Positions 1-9,119 of a stretch of 64,000 nt of DNA are shown piece after piece. The stretch spans positions 1,024,001 to 1,088,000 of the forward strand of contig CAVWCF010000001.1 of the NCBI GenBank assembly GCA_963753435.1, read 5' to 3'. Under the pieces are notes generated by a model. That model did not search any database and had not been told where the DNA came from. It saw only the letters and a list, made by a program, of their open reading frames with translations. Position 1 is the stretch's first letter, and each line of letters begins with the position of its first letter. A program made the translations under genes and the position numbers. This DNA comes from an uncultured Actinomycetota bacterium (GTDB lineage Bacteria > Actinomycetota > Actinomycetes > CAVWCF01).

Positions 1-250
1 CGATCTCCGAGCCGGCGATGGCCTCGTAGCCGGCGCCGTCCTTGGTGGTCGTCTGCCCCACGAGCTTGGTCTCGAAGCCTTCGATGGGGCGGGACTGGTT
101 CATGTCCAGGGCCAGGCCCTCGGCTTTTCCGTCCACGATGTCCGTGAGGACAACCGTGTCGAAGATGTCGTACTCCGCTAGGCGCTGGGCCGTGGTGGAA
201 CCGTAGAAGCCGGCTCCGACGACCGTCACCTTGCCGCTGCGCTCAGACAT
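1..250 (-). CDS. mdh: Malate dehydrogenase (LDH-like, tetrameric type), N-terminal part; runs off the window edge
   Basis: Manual translation from ATG at 250 gives MSERSGKVTVVGAGFYGSTTAQRLAEYDIFDTVVLTDIVDGKAEGLALDM, with a Rossmann GAGxxG and the G(K/L)ALD motif; located downstream of folD-DUF3017. Confidence 0.85.
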   Translation of the reverse strand, partial: MSERSGKVTVVGAGFYGSTTAQRLAEYDIFDTVVLTDIVDGKAEGLALDMNQSRPIEGFETKLVGQTTTKDGAGYEAIAGSEI

Positions 251-276
251 GAATCAGTGACCTTCCGCATGGGGAT

Positions 277-294
277 GTCTCGGCATCAAGAGAC
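277..294. promoter_or_regulatory. Palindromic operator-like site upstream of mdh
   Basis: GTCTC-GGCATCAA-GAGAC, lying between a minus-strand -10 TAGGCT (304-309) and the mdh start. Confidence 0.45.
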
Positions 295-317
295 TGTTGG
301 ACGAGCCTATCCGGGGC

Positions 318-668
318 TCAAGTCGGCACGACGAGGGCTACCACGACCACGCCCATCCCGGCGGCCAGGTAGAGGCCGACATCGACCTGGCGCGAGCGCA
401 CCGCCAGCAGACCGACCCGGTCGGTCGGCAGGAACGCCCGCAACCAACCGGCCAGCACGGCCGCGGCCCCGATGATCACCGTGCCCAGCCGGAACCCCTC
501 GGTCAGCGCCACCAGCAGCAGCCCAAGTCCCAGCGCCGCCAGCACCAGGGCGAGCGGCCACTCGCCGCCCAGCGGCTGGGCTGACGGCGTTGGCTGGGAC
601 CTCTCGGATGACTCGGGCGGCCCGGCGGTGCCGGGCGGCTCGATCGGGTCAGCGCCGTCGCTGGTCAC
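318..668 (-). CDS. DUF3017 family membrane protein
   Basis: Motif [22 protein letters not shown] with 3 TM segments; GTG start overlaps the folD stop (GTGA); usual folD neighbour. Confidence 0.8.
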   Translation of the reverse strand: MTSDGADPIEPPGTAGPPESSERSQPTPSAQPLGGEWPLALVLAALGLGLLLVALTEGFRLGTVIIGAAAVLAGWLRAFLPTDRVGLLAVRSRQVDVGLYLAAGMGVVVVALVVPT

Positions 669-1525
669 GAACGTGCGGGCGCCAGCGCTTCGGCGGCTTC
701 GACCACATTGGACAGCAGCATGGCCCGGGTCATCGGGCCCACGCCACCGGGCATCGGGGCGACCCAACCGGCAACCTCAGTCACGTCCGGATGCACGTCG
801 CCGACGAGACCCGCGTCCGTCCGGGTGATGCCGACGTCAAGCACGGCCACGCCGGGTTTGATCAGGTCTGGAGTGATCAGGTGCGGCACCCCCGCCGCGG
901 CCACCACGATGTCCGCGCGCTTCAGGTGAGCTGCGAGGTCGACGGTGCCGGTGTGGCACTGGGTCACAGTGGCGTTCTCGCTGCGCCGGGTCAGCAGCAG
1001 CGCCAAGGGGCGGCCGACGGTGACACCGCGGCCGACGACCACGACCTCCGCACCGGCGATCGGCACGTCATAGCGGCGCAGCAGTTCCACGATTCCCCGA
1101 GGCGTGCACGGAAGCGGAGCAGCAACCCCCAGCACCAACCGGCCGAGGTTGACCGGGTGCAGGCCATCCGCGTCCTTGTCGGGGTCCACCAACTCCAGCG
1201 CCGCAGCTGAGTCGAGCCCGCCGGGCAACGGCAGCTGGACGATGAATCCCGTGCACTCGGGGTCCGCGTTGAGTTCGGCGATGGCCTTCTCGACGTCTGA
1301 CTGAGTGGCCGAGGCGGGTAGGTCGCGGCGCAGGCTGGCGATGCCCACCTCGGCGCAGTCGCGGTGCTTGCCGGCCACGTAGGCGTGACTGCCCGGGTCG
1401 TCGCCGACCAGGACCGTCCCCAGGCCCGGAACCACGCCACGAGCAGCCAGCGCTGCCACCCGCTGCTTGAGCTCCGCCTTGATTTCGGCCGCCGTCGCCT
1501 TGCCGTCGAGAATCGTTGCCGTCAC
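665..1525 (-). CDS. folD: Bifunctional methylenetetrahydrofolate dehydrogenase/cyclohydrolase
   Basis: [33 protein letters not shown] and [12 protein letters not shown] motifs; real start is the GTG at 1525, overlapping the upstream stop. Confidence 0.97.
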   Translation of the reverse strand: MTATILDGKATAAEIKAELKQRVAALAARGVVPGLGTVLVGDDPGSHAYVAGKHRDCAEVGIASLRRDLPASATQSDVEKAIAELNADPECTGFIVQLPLPGGLDSAAALELVDPDKDADGLHPVNLGRLVLGVAAPLPCTPRGIVELLRRYDVPIAGAEVVVVGRGVTVGRPLALLLTRRSENATVTQCHTGTVDLAAHLKRADIVVAAAGVPHLITPDLIKPGVAVLDVGITRTDAGLVGDVHPDVTEVAGWVAPMPGGVGPMTRAMLLSNVVEAAEALAPARS

Positions 1526-2619
1526 GAGTCGGGATCCTCCCAGGTCGCCACGGCGGGCGTCTCCTCGGAGCCCGCCTGGGCGGCCGATCCCGGCGGGGTT
1601 GTCGATCCCGGCGGGGTCGTCGATCCCGCGGGGGTAGCCGGGGTGGTCGATCCAGCGCGGGTGGACGACCCGACCCGGGCGGCTGCCGCTAGGGCCCAGC
1701 GTCCGGGCATTGAGGCGATGCTTACCGCGATCATGAGCAACACGGCGCCGACCAGACCCCAAACCGTCACCTCGCGGCCGGCTACCGGCGCCAGCCAGTC
1801 CAGGGTCACCGACCCGAGCAACTGACCGGCGACCAGGGACAGCGTCACGATCAAGACGCCGGCGATCGGAACGGCGATGACGATGGTGCCAACTACGACG
1901 AGCCCCATCGGTCCGCCCAGCCACACCCAGCCGAAGGCGGGCAACTGCCACTCGGCGCCGGCGGCGCTGCTGACGCCCAGAATCGCCGCGAGGATCAACG
2001 AAGCCCCTGCGAAGTTGACCCAGATGGCCGCCAACGGCTGGCCCGTGGCCACCCCCAACCGACCGAGCATCGCCGACTGGGTCGCCGCACCAATACCGGC
2101 CAGAACTGCGACAACCGCAGCGCTGACGACGAGGGCGCCCTGGGATAGGTCGGGAGCGGCAGCAATCCCAACCGCCACGACCGCCAGAACCGCCCCACTG
2201 ACCCGGGCCGTGGTGATCGGCTGCTTGCCTGCCGGACCCAGGCCGAAGGCGTCCACGCCGAGCCCGCCCCCGGTCTGCGCCGCGACGATCAGGACTGAAT
2301 ACAGGGCCACGCCCAGGGCGGGCACCGAGTAGGTCTGGCTGAAAACGAGGAAGCCGCCGAGGCCACCGGCTAGCAAGGCCCATCGGGGCAAGGAGCCGGA
2401 ACGGATTGCCGCCGGTACCGCGATCACCGCGGTACGCAGCGGGGCGATCGCCAACACAATCGGGGTGAGGACAACCAGTCCAGTGACGACGGACAGGGTG
2501 GCCGCCGCCGTCGCGCTGCCCGCTACCTCGCCGAATTCACCGTTGATCCGGGCCTGGGTAGCGACGACCAGGCCGCCTCCGAAGGCGAGAAGGACCGCTA
2601 ACAGGCGGCGACGGCGCAT
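1522..2619 (-). CDS. DMT family transporter (YdcZ/DUF606-like, two repeats)
   Basis: About 10 TM segments; QARING, W..L.GGLGG and GQLLGS..LD motifs in two repeats; low-complexity tail. Confidence 0.85.
   Translation of the reverse strand: MRRRRLLAVLLAFGGGLVVATQARINGEFGEVAGSATAAATLSVVTGLVVLTPIVLAIAPLRTAVIAVPAAIRSGSLPRWALLAGGLGGFLVFSQTYSVPALGVALYSVLIVAAQTGGGLGVDAFGLGPAGKQPITTARVSGAVLAVVAVGIAAAPDLSQGALVVSAAVVAVLAGIGAATQSAMLGRLGVATGQPLAAIWVNFAGASLILAAILGVSSAAGAEWQLPAFGWVWLGGPMGLVVVGTIVIAVPIAGVLIVTLSLVAGQLLGSVTLDWLAPVAGREVTVWGLVGAVLLMIAVSIASMPGRWALAAAARVGSSTRAGSTTPATPAGSTTPPGSTTPPGSAAQAGSEETPAVATWEDPDS
1585..1637. repeat. 18-bp tandem repeat (about 3 copies) encoding (TTPPGS)n in the DMT tail
   Basis: CGATCCCGGCGGGGTTGT / CGATCCCGGCGGGGTCGT / CGATCCCGCGGGGGTAG. 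Confidence 0.8.
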
Positions 2620-4012
2620 CCAGCAAGGCTAGGGCCAGCGAAGGGCGTTGCTGGCACGCCCGCAGAGCGGCTCACCTGCTGGGACTGCGACTCGTCACCG
2701 ACCCCTGGCGCCGTGGTTGCGTACTGGCGCGCGGCCGGGCTGGTCCAGACAAGTCGGTTCGGCTCGCCATCCACTCGCACATCCCAGTCGCTTTCGTGCT
2801 TGAGCCGGTGGTGAGCACGACAAAGCGCGTGCAGGTTCGCCGCCGACGTTTCTCCGGCGGGGAAGGGGACGGTGTGGTCAAGGTCGCAAGCGCTGGCCCG
2901 ACGGCGGCAACCGGGAAACCGGCAAGTGCCATCGCGCGTGCGCACGAAGTCATCCAGACCAGTTGGCGGTTCGTACCGAGTCCGGCCCACGTCGAGGACG
3001 GTTCCGGAGACGGGGTCGGTGAGGATGCGCCGCCAGATCCCATCCGCGGCGAGACGGCGGGCAAGAACATCTGGGATGGGGCCGTAGCCGGCGAGGTAAG
3101 CCGGCTCGTCGCCGAGGCCGAGCAAAGTGCCGAGTGGCACCGTGATGGCGACCTCCGGCCGACGGCGCTTGACCCCACCACTAGGACCAACACCGCTGGG
3201 ACCAACACCGCTGGGACCAAGGCCGCTGGCGGCAGTCCCGCGCAAGGACGACCCAGCCGCAACCAAGTCGACGAGGGCGTCGGCGCGCCGCTGATCCGCA
3301 CTGACCCCATCCGCCGATGCTGCGCGGTTCGCAGCGGCGTTCAGATTCGCCTCAAGCTCGACGGCTGCGTCGGCCGACAACAGAGCCCACAACTCGGTCA
3401 TGCCGTCGGGCAGTGGAGTGAAGACAACGCGCCGATCTTCGAGAGCGGATCGATGCCGTTCATCGGCGCTGCGGGCATCGTGGCGGGCCACCTCGCGGCG
3501 GAGGAAGGAGCGCAACTGCGCGGGCGTCTGCTGGGGAGCGCGCTGCAATGCTTGCGACTCGACCAATGCCGCGGCGTCCGCTTGAGTGGCGCCAGGGCCT
3601 CAAGAATGGCCCGCATGCGCGGCCAATCGATTCGCCCATCGCGCAACGCCGCCAGCGTCGCGATTCGATCCGTGACCAGGTCGACGGCCTCATGCGCTCT
3701 GGTGCGCGCGGTTGCGGCAGACCAGTTCAAGGCGACCCCGACTTCCAGAACGGCCGGCTCCACCGGGGACAGCCCCGCGGGGGCTTGAATCGGCGGTTCG
3801 CGGCGAACGACCTCGGCGATGAGTTCGACCTGACGAGCCTGTGCCCAAGAGATCAGCCGGGCGCTGGCCTGCAGCGCGTCGATCAACTCGTCCGCCCCAG
3901 CCCGTCGCTCATCGAATGCGCTCAGGTCAGCGGCTACCCGCGGGTCCGACACAAGGTCCGCGGCGCCCGGGGGACGGTCAGCCTCGGTGGCGAGTGGGGC
4001 GTGCTCGAACAT
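2598..4012 (-). pseudogene. DUF222 (13E12-repeat family) HNH endonuclease, frameshifted near 3585
   Basis: The N-half (3398-4012, MFEH...ALRDGRID) and the C-half (2598-3566, QRRADAL, LAGYGPI, RDGTCRFPGC..CDLDH..NLHALCRAHHRLKH) are in different frames. Confidence 0.85.
3184..3228. repeat. 15-bp tandem repeat x3 encoding (SG[L/V]GP)n linker
   Basis: GGACCAACACCGCTG x2 followed by GGACCAAGGCCGCTG. Confidence 0.85.
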
Positions 4013-4020
4013 GTGTTCGA
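4005..4020. promoter_or_regulatory. LexA SOS box overlapping the start codon of the DUF222 gene
   Basis: TCGAAC-ATGT-GTTCGA is a perfect actinobacterial consensus; minus-strand -10 CATAAT at 4019-4024 overlaps its edge. Confidence 0.9.
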
Positions 4021-4063
4021 TTATGTTGATTCGGCAAGGACGTGGCTAGACCGGCCCTTCCCC

Positions 4064-4072
4064 TGTGGACAA
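4064..4072 (-). promoter_or_regulatory. DnaA-box consensus TTGTCCACA
   Basis: Plus strand TGTGGACAA, about 50 nt upstream of the DUF222 start. Confidence 0.45.
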
Positions 4073-4102
4073 CAGTGAGATGGGATCGGGCCCATCCCCC
4101 GG

Positions 4103-5596
4103 TTAGGCGCTCGTAATGCCCGCCTGCAACTTGGCCATCACCTGATCCAAGGAGAAGCTCGCTGGCTCCTGCGACGGCGGGAACTCGACCAGCGTCTGCA
4201 ACATCTGCGCGACGAACGCCTGCGCCGGCATCAGGATCCAAGCGCGGTCCAGCATCCAGTCGTAGTAGGTGTTCGAAGTGATGTCGGCGCGCTCGTATGG
4301 GTCCGTACGCAGGTTGAAGATCTTGGGTACGCGCAGTTCCGTGTAGGGCTCGGCCCACACTCGCAGCGTCCCGGTCGCCCGCTGCTCCAGGAAGACGACC
4401 TTCCAGTTGTCGTAGCGAAGAGCGGTGAGGTCGCCGTCGTCGGAGACGTAGAAGAAGTAGTTGCGGGCACTGGTGTCCGATTCCCCAGTCAGGTAGGGCA
4501 ACTGGTTCTTACCGTCCAGGTACACCTTGTAGTGCTTTCCGTTCAATTCGTGGCCGGCCCGGAGTTTCTCGGCGATGTCCGGAACACCGGCCGCCGCGAG
4601 CAGAGTCACGAACCAGTCGTTGTGGGCGACGATCCCGTTGAGCACCGTCCCAGCCGGAATGTGTCCGGGCCAGCGCACCATCGCCGGGGCGCGATAAGCG
4701 CCTTCCCAGTTGCTGTTCTTCTCGTTGCGGAACGGAGTCATTCCCGAGTCGGGCCAGGTGTTCATGTGCGGGCCGTTGTCGGTGCTGTACATGACGATCG
4801 TGTCCTCGGCGAGGCCCATCTCGTCAATCGCATCCAGCAAGGCCCCGACCACCTTGTCGTGGTCGACCATCGTGTCGTGGTACTCCGACTGCCACCGACC
4901 GGCCTGGCCCTTGCTCCCGGGCTTGACGTGCGTGCGGAAGTGCATGTGGGTGGTGTTGAACCAGACAAAGAAGGGTGTGTTCGACTCCTTTGCATCGCCG
5001 ATGAAGCGCAGGCTCTCGGCCAGCACCTCGTCGTCGATCGTCTCCATGCGCTTGCGCGTCAGCGGGCCGGTGTCCTCGATCCGGCCGTCGGCCCAGGTAT
5101 GTAGGACACCGCGGGGGCCGAACCTGGCGCGGAAGTTCGGGAACTCCTCCTCTGACGGGTAGTCCTCGTGCTCCGGCTCCTCCTCGGCGTTGAGGTGGTA
5201 CAGGTTGCCGAAGAACTCGTCGAACCCATGATTCGTCGGCAGGAACTCGTCGCGGTCACCTAGGTGGTTCTTGCCAAACTGCCCAGTGGCGTAGCCGAGG
5301 TCCTTCAGCGCCGTCGCGATCGTCGGGTCCTTGTCCTGAATCCCGAGGTTGGCGCCGGGCATCCCCACCTTCGTCAGACCAGTCCGGTACGGGTTCTGGC
5401 CGCAGATGAACGCGGCCCGGCCGGCGGTACAACTCTGCTCTGCGTAGTAGTCGGTGAAGCGCACGCCTTCGGCTGCCAGCCGATCGATGTTGGGCGTTCG
5501 GTACCCCATCAACCCGTCGCTGTAGCAACTCAGGTTGGAGATCCCGATGTCGTCACCCCAGATGATCAGGATGTTCGGCTTCGACTCAGCTGACAT
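4103..5596 (-). CDS. Arylsulfatase (Cys-type, cytoplasmic)
   Basis: KPNILIIWGDDIG, SCTAGRAAF (CxAxR), GKNHLG and STDNGP motifs; no signal peptide. Confidence 0.93.
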   Translation of the reverse strand: MSAESKPNILIIWGDDIGISNLSCYSDGLMGYRTPNIDRLAAEGVRFTDYYAEQSCTAGRAAFICGQNPYRTGLTKVGMPGANLGIQDKDPTIATALKDLGYATGQFGKNHLGDRDEFLPTNHGFDEFFGNLYHLNAEEEPEHEDYPSEEEFPNFRARFGPRGVLHTWADGRIEDTGPLTRKRMETIDDEVLAESLRFIGDAKESNTPFFVWFNTTHMHFRTHVKPGSKGQAGRWQSEYHDTMVDHDKVVGALLDAIDEMGLAEDTIVMYSTDNGPHMNTWPDSGMTPFRNEKNSNWEGAYRAPAMVRWPGHIPAGTVLNGIVAHNDWFVTLLAAAGVPDIAEKLRAGHELNGKHYKVYLDGKNQLPYLTGESDTSARNYFFYVSDDGDLTALRYDNWKVVFLEQRATGTLRVWAEPYTELRVPKIFNLRTDPYERADITSNTYYDWMLDRAWILMPAQAFVAQMLQTLVEFPPSQEPASFSLDQVMAKLQAGITSA

Positions 5597-5698
5597 GGCA
5601 ACTCCTAGGTGAGGACCGGTCCTGCTCGGAAAACCTATGGGAATCGCGCCACTCGGCAGCTGCAGGAGTCGACCACCGCGCCTCGCCCCTCGCCCTGG

Positions 5699-6118
5699 CT
5701 AGGACGCCGGGCAATCCAGGTCTCTGGTCGCCGTCGACACGATCTGATTCAGCTGCTGTTCCGCGGAATCCAGAGTCGAGCCGAGTTCCTCAAGGCTTGT
5801 CGCATCGGTGACCGATCCGACGGTGGTCCGCAGTTCATCCACCAGAGGTGCGAGTTCTTCTCGGGTTTCGGATGCCAGCTCAGCTACCGCAGCCTGCAGC
5901 TGCGCTGCATCGTCCTGAACGGTCTGCCAGTTGTCCCGCGCCTGTCCGAGGTTGACGGCCTTCACGTCTTCGACCACCTGGTCAACGGAGGCAGACAACG
6001 CTGCCTCGGCAGTGCAGACCTGCTCCTCCGCCGTGGGGCTGCCCGACTCCGAATCGCCACATGCGGCAAGCAGAGTGAGTAGGACCACAGCCAGGGCCCC
6101 GGCGCGCATGAGATTCAC
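5699..6118 (-). CDS. Putative lipoprotein, helical
   Basis: Lipobox LLAAC after a hydrophobic stretch; GGAGGA RBS upstream. Confidence 0.7.
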   Translation of the reverse strand: MNLMRAGALAVVLLTLLAACGDSESGSPTAEEQVCTAEAALSASVDQVVEDVKAVNLGQARDNWQTVQDDAAQLQAAVAELASETREELAPLVDELRTTVGSVTDATSLEELGSTLDSAEQQLNQIVSTATRDLDCPAS

Positions 6119-6277
6119 AAGTCCTCCGTTGGTAGGTCACTCGCTCGGTTGCGCGAGATAGACGACAAGTATGGGCCCAGCCGCCTTCCACGGGACAGCG
6201 TGCCGATCGACTCGCGGCGCCGTCACGCCAATCTCTACGTTTGCGCTGTGCGCACTCCTGGACCGTCCGCAAAGGGC

Positions 6278-6853
6278 ATGAGCGAACGCAGGGCTTTGGG
6301 AATCGCGCTTGCGCTCAATGCGTCGCTGTTCGTGCTCGAGTTCACCACCGGCCTGCTGGCCCAGTCCCTGGGCCTCATTGCCGACTCCCTGGACATGTTC
6401 GCCGACGCCGCGGTCTACGCACTGAGTCTTGCCGCCGTCGGAACGATCGCAGCCAGACAGCAGCGGCTGGCCCGCGCCAGCGGGGTACTCCAGATCGGGC
6501 TGGCCGCGTTCGGTCTGTTCGAGGTCCTACGCCGTGCGTTCAGCGAAAGTCCGCTACCCGATCCACGGACAATGGTGGCCATCTCCCTTGTCGCGCTGGC
6601 CGCAAACCTGGCCACCCTCGCCGTTCTGAGGAAGCAACGGGGCGGCGGGCTGCACCTCCAGGCGAGTTGGATCTTCACCGCCAACGACACCCGCGCGAAT
6701 CTGCTCGTCATCGCAGCCGCTGTTCTGGTGGCCGCGACCGACAGCAGATGGCCGGACCTGCTGGTCGGCGCCCTGATCTTCGGCGTAGTCGCTCGCGGGG
6801 GCCTCAAGATCCTGCGCCTGACAAGCACTAGCGCCGAGGAGTCATCCGGCTAG
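6278..6853 (+). CDS. Cation diffusion facilitator (CzcD-like) TM domain without cytoplasmic CTD
   Basis: SLGLIADSLDMFADA, ASWIFTAND and WPDLLVG motifs; start uncertain (GTG 6248 or ATG 6278). Confidence 0.85.
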   Translation: MSERRALGIALALNASLFVLEFTTGLLAQSLGLIADSLDMFADAAVYALSLAAVGTIAARQQRLARASGVLQIGLAAFGLFEVLRRAFSESPLPDPRTMVAISLVALAANLATLAVLRKQRGGGLHLQASWIFTANDTRANLLVIAAAVLVAATDSRWPDLLVGALIFGVVARGGLKILRLTSTSAEESSG

Positions 6854-6863
6854 GTTCGCGGTC

Positions 6864-7100
6864 GTGGCTGTGCTGCTGAGTACCGAGCGGATGGCCCTTC
6901 GTGACTTCACGCTCGCCGACGAGGCGCTCTTGGTGGAACTCGACTCCGACCCCAGTCGCCGGGTCATGGAGAAGTGCGGGATGCGGCTGGTGCGAAGTTT
7001 CCGGGCGGATTGGCCCTTTCGGATCCCTGGCGACGAAGCCGGAGATGTCGAGTACGCGATCGAACGCGCCGACTGGCTGCGAGGGGCCACCGAACGCCCT
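6864..7100 (+). pseudogene. RimJ/RimL-type GNAT acetyltransferase with large in-frame internal deletion
   Basis: N-terminal LSTERMALRDFTLAD...ELDSDP is joined directly to C-terminal SRRVMEKCGMRLVRSF...GDVEYAIERADW; the ORF reads on to 7289 into the convergent gene. Confidence 0.75.
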
Positions 7101-7132
7101 AGCCAGCTCAGTCAGCGAGTCAGCGCCCCCGC

Positions 7133-7642
7133 TCAGTCACGCTCGACCCACCTATCCACTGCCCACAGCACCGCCAACGCCAGTCCCGGATCCACGTCCT
7201 CGGCGACATCGAGCACGTACGCGTCGCGAATCGTCACCCACTTCTGGGTGATCTGGACGATCGGGCGACCGCCACTGCTGACCGCGTAGTTCTTCTCGAT
7301 CAGCGAACCCACCAACTCCCACGGCTCGCCCGCTGCCACCTCCAAGGTCATCTTGTCCTTGACCACGCGGAACGCCTTCGCCCGCAGCGACGCCACCTCA
7401 CCGCCGTCGGCGTCGTAGATGGTCATGTGCTTGGGGATGCCCAGCAGCGTGCCCCGAACGGTGTAGACCGTCGCCTCGGCAGCGTCGGTGATGTCCGCCT
7501 TCGGCCGAGTTCCCATCTTTCCGTCGACGAAGTACCGCTGCTCCTCCGTCTCCGGGTCCAGAACCGCGAAGTCCCGACCGGCACCGAACTTGCTCTTCAC
7601 CAGGAACCGCGTCCAACCCTCTGGGGCTGCTGGTATCGCCAC
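7133..7642 (-). CDS. LURP-one-related/scramblase (Tubby C-like) protein
   Basis: RFLVKSKF-G-GRDFAV, YFVDGK, ITQKWVTIRDAYVLDV and LALAVLWAVD pattern. Confidence 0.8.
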   Translation of the reverse strand: MAIPAAPEGWTRFLVKSKFGAGRDFAVLDPETEEQRYFVDGKMGTRPKADITDAAEATVYTVRGTLLGIPKHMTIYDADGGEVASLRAKAFRVVKDKMTLEVAAGEPWELVGSLIEKNYAVSSGGRPIVQITQKWVTIRDAYVLDVAEDVDPGLALAVLWAVDRWVERD

Positions 7643-7887
7643 TACTGCCTCCTCGACGGAGTCGCCGGCCGTCCCGGCAACGCAAGATTACGGAGGGCGG
7701 CGCCGTAGGTCACGGCGGCGGCGCAACCCGAACCCGCACCGGATACCGCAGGCAGAGTCTGTTTACGGATTCCCAGGGGTCGTGCGATCAGAGGTGGCTA
7801 ATCCCGCTGTTGGTGAAGAGCTCGACTCGGCCGCAGTTTCTTGAGGAATGCAGCGGTGAAACCATCCGGCGAAGAGACACTTCCGTA

Positions 7888-8250
7888 GTTCGCAACAGGT
7901 AGGGGATCAGCCGATAACGTCAACCCAACGACGGCCGCCCGCGCAGTGATCGGGCCGGAGAGGACTTGCGCATGTGCTGCATTGCCCTAACCGCCGGGTT
8001 CGCCGGACCGCGGATCGCATTCGTGCTCGTCTGGATCTTCACCGACCTGGTCACTCGTGCGTTCGACACTTTCTGGTGGCCGCTTCTCGGAGTCATCGTC
8101 CTGCCGTGGACGACCCTGCTGTTCGTGCTGGCCTACAGCCCGATAGATGGGGTCAGCGGGTTCGGGATCTTCGTCGTCCTGCTCGGCGTTCTCGCCGACA
8201 TCGCGACCTACGCCAGTGGGGCGCGGGGGCGTTCGTACTCCTGAAGTCCA
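7888..8250 (+). repeat. Direct repeat copy 1 (about 360 bp; partner at 9860-10222)
   Basis: Ungapped alignment at offset 1972; 7949-8244 has only 3 substitutions. Confidence 0.95.
7972..8244 (+). CDS. Small 3-TM membrane protein, copy 1
   Basis: MCC...GPRIA..LVWIF...WPLLG.I.LPWTTL; GGAGAGGA RBS; start ATG 7972 or TTG 7966. Confidence 0.8.
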   Translation: MCCIALTAGFAGPRIAFVLVWIFTDLVTRAFDTFWWPLLGVIVLPWTTLLFVLAYSPIDGVSGFGIFVVLLGVLADIATYASGARGRSYS

Positions 8251-8265
8251 CCTACTTGTGTCGCC

Positions 8266-8664
8266 TTACCGGACAAGACCCTGAGCGGTCCAGACCGCGC
8301 CCTTGTTTCGGCATAGGCAGAACGGGTGGCCAATGGGGTCGGTGTACACGCGCCAGCCGTAGCCGTCAGAGCTGATCGAATCCCGCTGCAGGGTCGCGCC
8401 GAGAGCCAAGATGCGGGTCTGCTCGGCCTCGACATCATCGACTTCGAAGTCGAGATGGAACTGCTTTGGGTGCTCACTGTCGGGCCACTGGGGGGCGCGG
8501 TAATCCTCCACGCGGACAAAGGCCAACTCGATCTCCCCGAACTCGATGCTGGCCCAGTCCTGGTGGCTGCCCGCCTTCACGGGGCGCCCCGTCATCTCGG
8601 AATAGAAGGTCGCCAGCTCCATCGTGTCCGGGCAGTCGATGATGAAATCAGTGAGCTGCAGCAT
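8266..8664 (-). CDS. VOC/glyoxalase family protein
   Basis: IIDCPD..LATFY, PQWP..EHPKQFHLDFEV and WRVYTDPIGHPFCL motifs. Confidence 0.9.
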   Translation of the reverse strand: MLQLTDFIIDCPDTMELATFYSEMTGRPVKAGSHQDWASIEFGEIELAFVRVEDYRAPQWPDSEHPKQFHLDFEVDDVEAEQTRILALGATLQRDSISSDGYGWRVYTDPIGHPFCLCRNKGAVWTAQGLVR

Positions 8665-8702
8665 CTCCCGACCCTGCCACACACGCCGACGTTCACGACT
8701 GC

Positions 8703-8736
8703 CCTATTGACAATAGGAAGGTATATGCCTATAAAT
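8703..8736 (+). promoter_or_regulatory. SigA promoter of padR (TTGACA-N17-TATAAA) with palindromic operator
   Basis: CCTATTG-A-CAATAGG (8703-8717) is centred on the -35; ATG at 8742 is at leaderless spacing. Confidence 0.75.
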
Positions 8737-8741
8737 GCGCC

Positions 8742-9119
8742 ATGGCACGTCGCCGAGCCGATGAGTTGATCCCGATTGAGGAGCAGATCCTCGAAGCGGG
8801 ACTCGAGTTCCAGCGCCGCGACGGTGCCTTCCACGGCTTCGCATTGGCCAAGGCGATGGCCCACCGATCGGACAGCAAGTCCCTCATCGGGCACGGCACC
8901 CTCTACAAGGCACTTGCGCGACTAGCCGATCGTGGACTGCTGACCGATGAGTGGGAAGACCCGGACGTAGCCGCAGCCGACGGGGGCCGTCCAAGGCGCC
9001 GGCTGTATCGGGTGACCGGGGCCGGCGAGGTCGCCCTCACCCGCGCCCGAGCAGTGCCGGCCAGGCGCGCGCGACTCGGTGGACCGATAGCCCACTCGTT
9101 CGGAACGAGCTCCTTGTGA
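8742..9119 (+). CDS. PadR family transcriptional regulator
   Basis: HGFALAK, GTLYKALARL..RGLL..EWE and RPRRRLYRVTGAG motifs. Confidence 0.92.
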   Translation: MARRRADELIPIEEQILEAGLEFQRRDGAFHGFALAKAMAHRSDSKSLIGHGTLYKALARLADRGLLTDEWEDPDVAAADGGRPRRRLYRVTGAGEVALTRARAVPARRARLGGPIAHSFGTSSL

